This document shows positions 51,714 through 64,000 of a stretch of 64,000 bases of DNA, piece by piece. Made by a program: the position numbers and the translations under genes. The notes under the pieces were generated by a model that was given only the letters and a program-made list of their open reading frames with translations, had not been told where the DNA came from and searched no databases. Within the stretch, counting starts at the first letter, position 1; each line of letters opens with the position of its first letter. This DNA comes from Amoebidium appalachense (Eukaryota > Protista > Ichthyosporea), in contig CAVNZM010000003.1 in assembly GCA_963693365.1 (NCBI GenBank), forward strand, positions 7,311,312-7,375,311, given 5' to 3'.

Positions 51714-53791
51714 TGTGCGGGGTTGCACATACCGGTGTCTACTTTTCTTCTTACTGTTTTTCTCTCCACACACTTCATCTGTCCACTTCTGCATACCCCC
51801 CTTTCATAGCTATAGACACACTTCACACATTGCGTTACGCGCACGCATGCACACACCGCTCTGTTGGCGACAGCTCCCTTGGAACCCATGCGGCATGTTA
51901 CCCGCCGGCGTAACATAACTCGGACTATCGGTTTGGCTTTTTTCAAGCCCAAAGCAATGGGTGATACCATATTTCCGGCTGACATCCGGGGGCATAGCTT
52001 TCCGTTCGAAGACGATAAAGTTCCGCCCTAGTAAGCGTGTTACTACCCTGCGGCGTGGGTCAAATCTCATATTTTCCCCTCTGATTACGAATTCTGTGGC
52101 CTTCGGGACTTAATTCTTTTCAGCTGGTGTAGTATGTTAGCCAGGGAAGTATCGACTTAGGTATCGACGGGGGAGCTTCCTAGAAGCCCCGTCTCCTGAG
52201 TTCCTATCTATATTTTTCTTGCTTCTGCTTACTGCTGCAACTTTAACCCCCGGCCTTTCCCACTGCCCTTGCCTGCATAAGCAACCCTGCTCGTCTCTGA
52301 TCAAGACGGGTGACCTACTCATGTTCAAGTGAAACAGTATCTGAGTTGGGTTTCGTTAACGAGGGGAATAGGTCGAAACTCGGGTACTGTGGATGACGTG
52401 GGCCCCCCCTGAGGATGGGCTCTGCTTATTATGCATACTCTTTATGTATGGCTTGCATTCTGCATCGTGTTATCCGTTTGTTCTTGTGTACTTCGTACTT
52501 TTTGACGCATTCAAAACCCCCCCCCCCCCCTCCCCCCCCCTTTCTTCCACAGAGCGCCAGCCCATAGCCCCTGAAGAGGTGATGGCAGCTGAAAAGGCCA
52601 AACGCAAAGAGGAGAGGGCACAGAAGAGGGCCGTCAAGAAGGCCAAGAAGGAGGAGAAGAGGGCCAAGAAGCGGGAGAGGAAGGAGAAGAGGAGGGAGAG
52701 GGGGGACGAGCCTAGTGCCTCAAGCGACAGTAGCGACTCGGAAGGTATCGGACCCCCCCCCCCCCCCCTCCCCCTTTACCTATGATGCACACACCCTCGC
52801 CCTTCTCAGTGTGCTCTTTTTGCAGAACCTGTGTTGTTTTGTCCGTCTCTTTGTGTATTTTGTACTCGGCAACACATCCTATCCCCCCTCCCCTCCCCCC
52901 CCCCCCCCCCCCCTCCCCCCCCCCCCCCCCCCCCTTCGCGGGACGGCTTGCAACATCACAACATGGAGCCGCATACCTGCTTGCATGCACACAGGCACGG
53001 AGATATCATGTGCTCTTATACACTGTGCTTTCCCTGCTGGTTACTCTTCTCACCACATTTTGCATTGGCTGTGATCGAGCATGTGGGTTGGAGCAAATCA
53101 AATTATGTGACTGACACGTGCGCATGCTGTCTGCACAGGTGAGGAGTTGCCATCTGGGGATGGAGCAAAGGCAGCACCCATCATGGGACCTATGGCTGCA
53201 AAGGGGGGGGAGAACGAGAAGGAGAAGGGAGTGGAGGGAGAGAGGGAGAGAGCTGAGCTCAGGAGAAGCTCGAAAGAGGAGGGATACACAGGATCGGAGA
53301 GGGAGAAGGAGAAAGGTGCAGGGGAAGAAAGAGACAGGGAGAGAAGCAGAGAGGGAGAAAGGGGAGACAGGGCTTCTGATAGAGAGCAGAAGAAAGACCG
53401 AAACGACCAAGACAGAGAGGTTGAAAGGGAAAGGGAGAGAGGTGGCGAGAGGAGGAGGGAGGGAGATGGAGAGCGCGACAGGGACAGAGAGAGGGATAGA
53501 GACAGAGACCGTGACAGAGAAAGAGGGAGAGACGGCGATAGAGAAAGAGAAAGGGAGAGGGAGAGGGAGAGTTATCGAGAAGATGATAGGGGAAGAGAAC
53601 GGGAGAGGGAGAGGGAGAGGGAGCGGTACAGAGACGACAGGGGGAGAGACAGAGACAGAGACAGAGACAGAGACAGAGACAGAGACAGACAGAGAGAGAG
53701 AGAGCGGGACAGAGACAGAGATAGCGGGAGGGACAGAGACAGAGATAGAGAATATAGGAGGTCACGATCACGGTCACCTAGAAGGAGATAA
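48172..53791 (+). CDS. RBMX2: RNA-binding motif protein X-linked 2 (Snu17/Ist3, RES complex); first micro-exon/ATG not located
   Basis: Exons 48172-48281, 49243-49295, 49645-49773, 50461-50539, 52552-52744, 53139-53791 give [85 protein letters not shown], then K/E-rich and RD/RE/RS tails. Confidence 0.95.
49519..49668 (+). repeat. About 42-bp tandem repeat (3.5 copies) spanning an RBMX2 intron/exon junction
   Basis: GGTATGGGGAGATAGTGGACAT...AATCCCC..CAG is repeated, and the last copy is the true exon start. Confidence 0.9.
51855..52516 (+). mobile_element. 5'-truncated retroelement-like insertion in an RBMX2 intron (longest copy of the poly-C-abutting repeat family)
   Basis: Non-microsatellite island with a terminal ORF remnant (..[35 protein letters not shown], stop 52031). 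Its last 205 bp are duplicated at 59560-59764. Confidence 0.55.
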
Positions 53792-54527
53792 GATCATATC
53801 TAGAGTGTGCACAGCATCAACAGGCAGTTTCTTTTGTGCCTCATATTTTGTCTTTCCACCGGTGTGTTGTTAAGGTACAAGTCACGTGGGTAGTCGTGTG
53901 TGCATGTACATAGCTGGATCTCCTTTATCATGCAGCTTCAGAGCATGATCTGCGCATGCAGTCGTCTATTAGCCAGAAATGAAGGGTGGGCCCATGGGCA
54001 TTGCATTTTGCACAATAAAGTTACGGCATTACAGTCCTGTCCGAGGTCCAGCCATCGGGTTACGTTACGAGCCAATCCCCCCCCCCCCCCCCCCCCCCCT
54101 CCCCCGGGCCCCCGGGGGCGGATGTTTCTGCTGGTATTTTATGGCCCCCACCTCCTGCCGAGAGCATTTGAGGTCCAGCATGGTGAAAAATAATGGGATA
54201 ATAGGTATTATTCACACACACACACACCACTTGGGCATACAGTATCCGCCATGCATGTTCTGCCTGCTGTCTTTACAGATCACATGGGTTGGGATTACAA
54301 CGACCGTACGGCAACGACTCGTCAAAAACATGCTATCCACCCCTGCCGTATTTGAACAACACCACACCGAAACGTCTCGACATTATAACCATGTGTTTGG
54401 CTAAGATCATTCCTCTAGCTATAGATCTCTGCACAAAAAATATCAAAGTCAAAAACCTCAGCTGCCAGGACAACAATTTTCTTCCACTGAGTGCATTTGT
54501 GTTCTACCCACCCGCTCCTCATCCATT

Positions 54528-63768
<9,241 letters not shown>

Positions 63769-63820
63769 CTGCGTGGGTGTGGGTGTGTGGGGATGCGTAG
63801 GTGTGTGGGCACGTGGGCAT

Positions 63821-63867
<47 letters not shown>

Positions 63868-64000
63868 GTGTATGCGTGGGCGGAGGGGGGGGGAGGGGGG
63901 GGGGGGGGAGGCGGTATGGGTGGGAGGGAGGGAGGCGGTGTGCGCGTGACCGCATCCATGTGCTTGTGCAGGTGGTTGTGTGTGTATGGGGGTCGGTGTT

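Noticed and set aside
52355-52420. Hammerhead ribozyme (CTGAGGA and CGAAAC both present)
   Set aside because: Order and flanking pairing do not give stems I and II for any topology, and the GAAA is GAGA in the 63-kb copy.
52393-52430. Box C/D snoRNA or SECIS element
   Set aside because: GATGA and CTGA are present, but the putative guide varies between copies, no rRNA target was recognised, and there is no SECIS apical AA geometry.

Overview
Eukaryotic genomic DNA, intron-rich, with introns full of poly-G/poly-C runs and (CA)n/(TG)n microsatellites. Most of the supplied ORF track is low-complexity noise. The Rabin8-like Sec2 protein suggests an opisthokont, possibly a unicellular one (inference). 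Manual splicing and translation gives: (1) the 5' part of an apparently intact APE-type LINE (ORF1 plus ORF2 endonuclease, minus strand, running off the left edge); (2) a 13-exon Sec2/Rabin8-like Rab GEF gene (-), head-to-head with (3) a Di19/KCMF1-type zinc finger plus NUDT18-like Nudix gene (+); (4) a twice-frameshifted F-box/LRR gene (-); (5) a 6-exon, ~1540-aa Mutator-like DDE transposase (DUF6729-type N-terminus, D/D/DxxH/E motifs) carrying an intact WRN/EXD2-type DEDDy 3'-5' exonuclease inside its catalytic core, which is the most unusual element here; (6) RBMX2/Snu17 (+), convergent with (7) RRP6/EXOSC10 (-, truncated at the right edge). Non-coding oddities include a repeat family of at least 7 copies whose 3' end abuts poly-C tracts (possible endonuclease-less Penelope-like element), a 652-bp TTAA-flanked fold-back element, a 294-bp MITE, GC-AG introns, acceptors built on (CA)n, and tandem repeats sitting on splice sites. 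Coordinates were derived by eye and may be off by a few nt.
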